From contig OZ025686.1 of the NCBI GenBank assembly GCA_964019335.1, positions 186,001-250,000 on the forward strand: a stretch of DNA of 64,000 bases. The letters run 5' to 3'. The translations under genes and the position numbers were made by a program. This DNA comes from Diplonema japonicum. Its lineage: Eukaryota; Protista; Euglenozoa: Diplonemea. Positions within the stretch are counted from its first letter, which is position 1. Every line of letters begins with the position of its first letter. This document shows, one piece after another, positions 61,275 to 64,000 of this stretch. The notes below the pieces were generated by a model, which did no database searches, had not been told where the DNA came from, and saw only the letters and a list, made by a program, of their open reading frames with translations.

Positions 61275-61278
61275 ATAT

Positions 61279-62526
61279 TCAGTACAATCCCTCATCGTTC
61301 AACGAAGCAAGCCTCTCCTCCTCGGTGTCGCTCAAAGCCATGCCCTCACGCACCTCCACAGCCAAGGTTCCGCTATTCTGCAAACGTTGGTTCTCAATGA
61401 GCAGGTTCTTAATAACCGCGTGAAGCCGCTTATTCTCAAAAGCAACCTCGTCCTTCTCCGCCTTGAGAACATCCAACTTCGCAAGACACGAATCCTGCAT
61501 GGCCGCCAACTGGGTTTGAAACGCTGCCTGTACTTCCGCATGTTCCTGCTCCGCTATTTTTTTGCAAGTTTGCGTACATTGTAAAGGTGTGAAATCCGAA
61601 ACGCTGGAACCGGAAACAGAATTTCTGATAAAAAACGTCTTCACAGTACCCGATCGATTGGCTGTGTGGACCTTACCAGAATATTCAGAAAGTTGGATTG
61701 AAGTTATTTCAGAGGCAGTATCGATGATTAGAGAACAAGACCCACTGTTGACCTCCCACGCCTTTACATACCCATCTCCAGACCCAGACCACAGTTCCAA
61801 ACCGGAAGAGGCAAATTGAAGCCCAGACACGAAACTAGAATGCGATTTTAACGACAGAAAGTACGCGCCTGTTACGAGGTTCCATGCTTTGATGTACCCG
61901 TCGTATCCACCGGCTGCAAGAATTGTTTTCGATGCCGCAAGAGAAAACACAGAAGACGACATTCCTTTGAACGATTTCATGGGGCGGAGCTTGCTCCCGT
62001 CAGTGCTGTACGATTTAATCGACATTGCGTCGCCGCCCGTGTACAACACAGCAGCTTCTGTTATAATAACATTGTTTGAGTAAGAGGTTTGAATGGTGTA
62101 CTCTGATTCGCAGGTATTGATGTTGACACAGAAGACGGCCTTACCTGCCGTGGCGTAGGCCAGCCCGTCCCATGTTGCGATGGATTTAATACCGGAATCG
62201 CATAGATGGAGGGATTTTATCAGAGTGTTGTCATGTCCCCATATTTTTAAATTCCCGTTGGTGTCGCCTGTTAGGATTCTCCCGCCGAAATGTGCCACGC
62301 ATAAGGCCGCTGAGCCGCATCTTAGTGTGCCTGTGACCCGGCCTTGTTTTCCAGATAGGATTACTCCGTTGCCGTCGTAGCCGGAGGCGAAAAGGTTGTT
62401 CCCCGAGACCGCCAGTCCTGTGATCCAGTCCGACGTGCACTTCACCTCGTCGCTGAGGGTGCCTATTGTGTGCTTTGTTGTGTCTTCTGCCAGACTTTCC
62501 GTGCTCGATGAGTAGGAGAGCGGCAT
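61279..62526 (-). CDS. WD40-repeat protein with C-terminal coiled coil
   Basis: Repeats LFASGYDG, TGDTNGNLKIW, AGGYDGYIKAWN, SGSGDGYVKAWE. Confidence 0.9.
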   Translation of the reverse strand: MPLSYSSSTESLAEDTTKHTIGTLSDEVKCTSDWITGLAVSGNNLFASGYDGNGVILSGKQGRVTGTLRCGSAALCVAHFGGRILTGDTNGNLKIWGHDNTLIKSLHLCDSGIKSIATWDGLAYATAGKAVFCVNINTCESEYTIQTSYSNNVIITEAAVLYTGGDAMSIKSYSTDGSKLRPMKSFKGMSSSVFSLAASKTILAAGGYDGYIKAWNLVTGAYFLSLKSHSSFVSGLQFASSGLELWSGSGDGYVKAWEVNSGSCSLIIDTASEITSIQLSEYSGKVHTANRSGTVKTFFIRNSVSGSSVSDFTPLQCTQTCKKIAEQEHAEVQAAFQTQLAAMQDSCLAKLDVLKAEKDEVAFENKRLHAVIKNLLIENQRLQNSGTLAVEVREGMALSDTEEERLASLNDEGLY

Positions 62527-62619
62527 TTTTTTTTTTTTTTTTTTTGGATACTCTCAACACACCCCCTCCTCCCCCCCCTCTCCTTGATTTATTGAGATTT
62601 TTTTTTTTTGAGGGGTTTG

Positions 62620-62662
<43 letters not shown>

Positions 62663-62921
62663 AAAAAAAAATATTTCAACAAAAAAAAAAACTGGAGGGT
62701 AATAATATGGGGGAAAGGAAGGGAAGGCTTTTTTTTTTTTTTTTAAAGTTCTTTTTAATAGAATTCTTCAACTTTTTTTTCTCTATTACGTTAATTCTAG
62801 GGGGAGGGGGGGGAGGAGGAGGAGGGAGCAAAACAGACGTGTTTATTATAATATTGCCCTTGCTAATTCACCCCTGTGGTGTATTGTGTTGTTGTTGTTG
62901 TTGTTGATGTGTTCCTTCGTC

Positions 62922-64000
62922 TCATGGATCAGAGGAGTCTTTTGAGATTGTAGACAAACAGCTTGACTTACTGACGTCGCCTTCAGGGAAGCGAGGCTTC
63001 TTCATCCAAGCGTGTTTGTGCAGAATGGTCCAGTAAGGGAAGAGCAGTCTAAGGGCCGAGAGTGTGTGCAAGAGGGAGGTGTTCTGCATCACGAGCCTCC
63101 TACTATCGTGGCCGGCTTCTTCTCGGAGTTCAGAGGCGATCTTTGGTCGGAGCTTTTTCTCGATTTCGGTTTTGAGGGCCTCCTTTATCTCGGGTGTGAA
63201 AAGCTCAATTTCTTTTTCGATCTTGGCCCGGAGGTCTGCTTCTATCTCGTTTTCCACGACAGGGCGCAATGAACGTTTTACCTCTTTTTCGATTTTTGCC
63301 CGCATTGATTTCTTCTCCTTCTGGAGGGACTCGATTTCTCCCTCCATCGCCTCCACCGTTTCCTCCAGCCCCTTGACCTCTATGACCATTGCTTGTCGTA
63401 TGGTGTCAGCACTTTTAGTTTCGAGATCCTGACTTAGTGCTGTGTTTGCCTCTTCAAGTTCTTTTTTTACTGTGAGTGCTTCTTTAAGCTCTTGTTTGAG
63501 CTTTTCGACTTCCCCTTGTTTCGATTTTGCCTTTTCGAGTTCTTTTTCTAACTTTTTTATAGTTTTTTGTTCGTTCTTCCTTGCAGAGCCCGCATCTTCA
63601 AGCTCCAGTTTGAGCCTTTCGACTTCCCCTTGTTCGTTTTTCCGTGCAGAAGTGGATTCCTCACGTTTCGTTGCAGCCTCTTCAAGTTGTCTTTTTAGCT
63701 GTTCTATTTCCTCCTGTTCGGTGTCCCTTGTCGTCAGCTCTTTCTGTAGATCTTGGATGACGCATTGGTACTTAGGGAGTTCCTCTTCCAAGATGCTTTG
63801 TCTTGCTGTGTTGTAAAGTTCCGCCTTCGCGCTGTCCAGCAGGTTATCGGTGGATGCGTTCAGGGACTGTGGTGGCAGTGCCTCTGCCTGGTCGAGCTTT
63901 GTTCGCAGGTAGGTGCTGAACCTGGCTTCCCGGACACTTCTTTGAAACATCATCCACCTGAAGTAATAGCCAAAAAGGATTTTCCGCCGGGTGCTCCTCT
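62922..64000 (-). CDS. Coiled-coil protein (5' end probably outside window)
   Basis: E/K-rich heptads; frame stays open upstream of 63953 to the window edge. Confidence 0.8.
   Translation of the reverse strand, partial: RSTRRKILFGYYFRWMMFQRSVREARFSTYLRTKLDQAEALPPQSLNASTDNLLDSAKAELYNTARQSILEEELPKYQCVIQDLQKELTTRDTEQEEIEQLKRQLEEAATKREESTSARKNEQGEVERLKLELEDAGSARKNEQKTIKKLEKELEKAKSKQGEVEKLKQELKEALTVKKELEEANTALSQDLETKSADTIRQAMVIEVKGLEETVEAMEGEIESLQKEKKSMRAKIEKEVKRSLRPVVENEIEADLRAKIEKEIELFTPEIKEALKTEIEKKLRPKIASELREEAGHDSRRLVMQNTSLLHTLSALRLLFPYWTILHKHAWMKKPRFPEGDVSKSSCLSTISKDSSDP

Overview
Eukaryotic genomic DNA. About 25 protein-coding genes all lie on the minus strand, some only ~100 nt apart, separated by homopolymer-rich spacers and interrupted by short (40-68 nt) GT-AG introns. 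The unidirectional array, real cis-introns and a cruzipain-type protease suggest a euglenozoan, probably a diplonemid (inference). Genes: Ser/Thr kinase (partial), insulysin, SH3-kinesin-14, DUF1917 protein, three papain-family proteases, TFIIH p62, a Frizzled-CRD/pseudo-cyclase receptor, a ~2,490-aa membrane-anchored GH45+4xGH5 cellulase, GST, 7-unit polyubiquitin, aspartic protease, SPF45, GNAT, HD hydrolase, SGNH hydrolase, CFAP73/CCDC42-like protein, two Trf4-like nucleotidyltransferases, a WD40 protein and several hypotheticals. Top finding: a ~260-nt dispersed element, three copies, whose 5' end folds by hand into a complete HDV-like self-cleaving ribozyme starting exactly at the element boundary. 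Two copies lie sense to the gene array. Three non-autonomous TIR elements are also present. All calls come from reading the sequence by eye; no searches were run.
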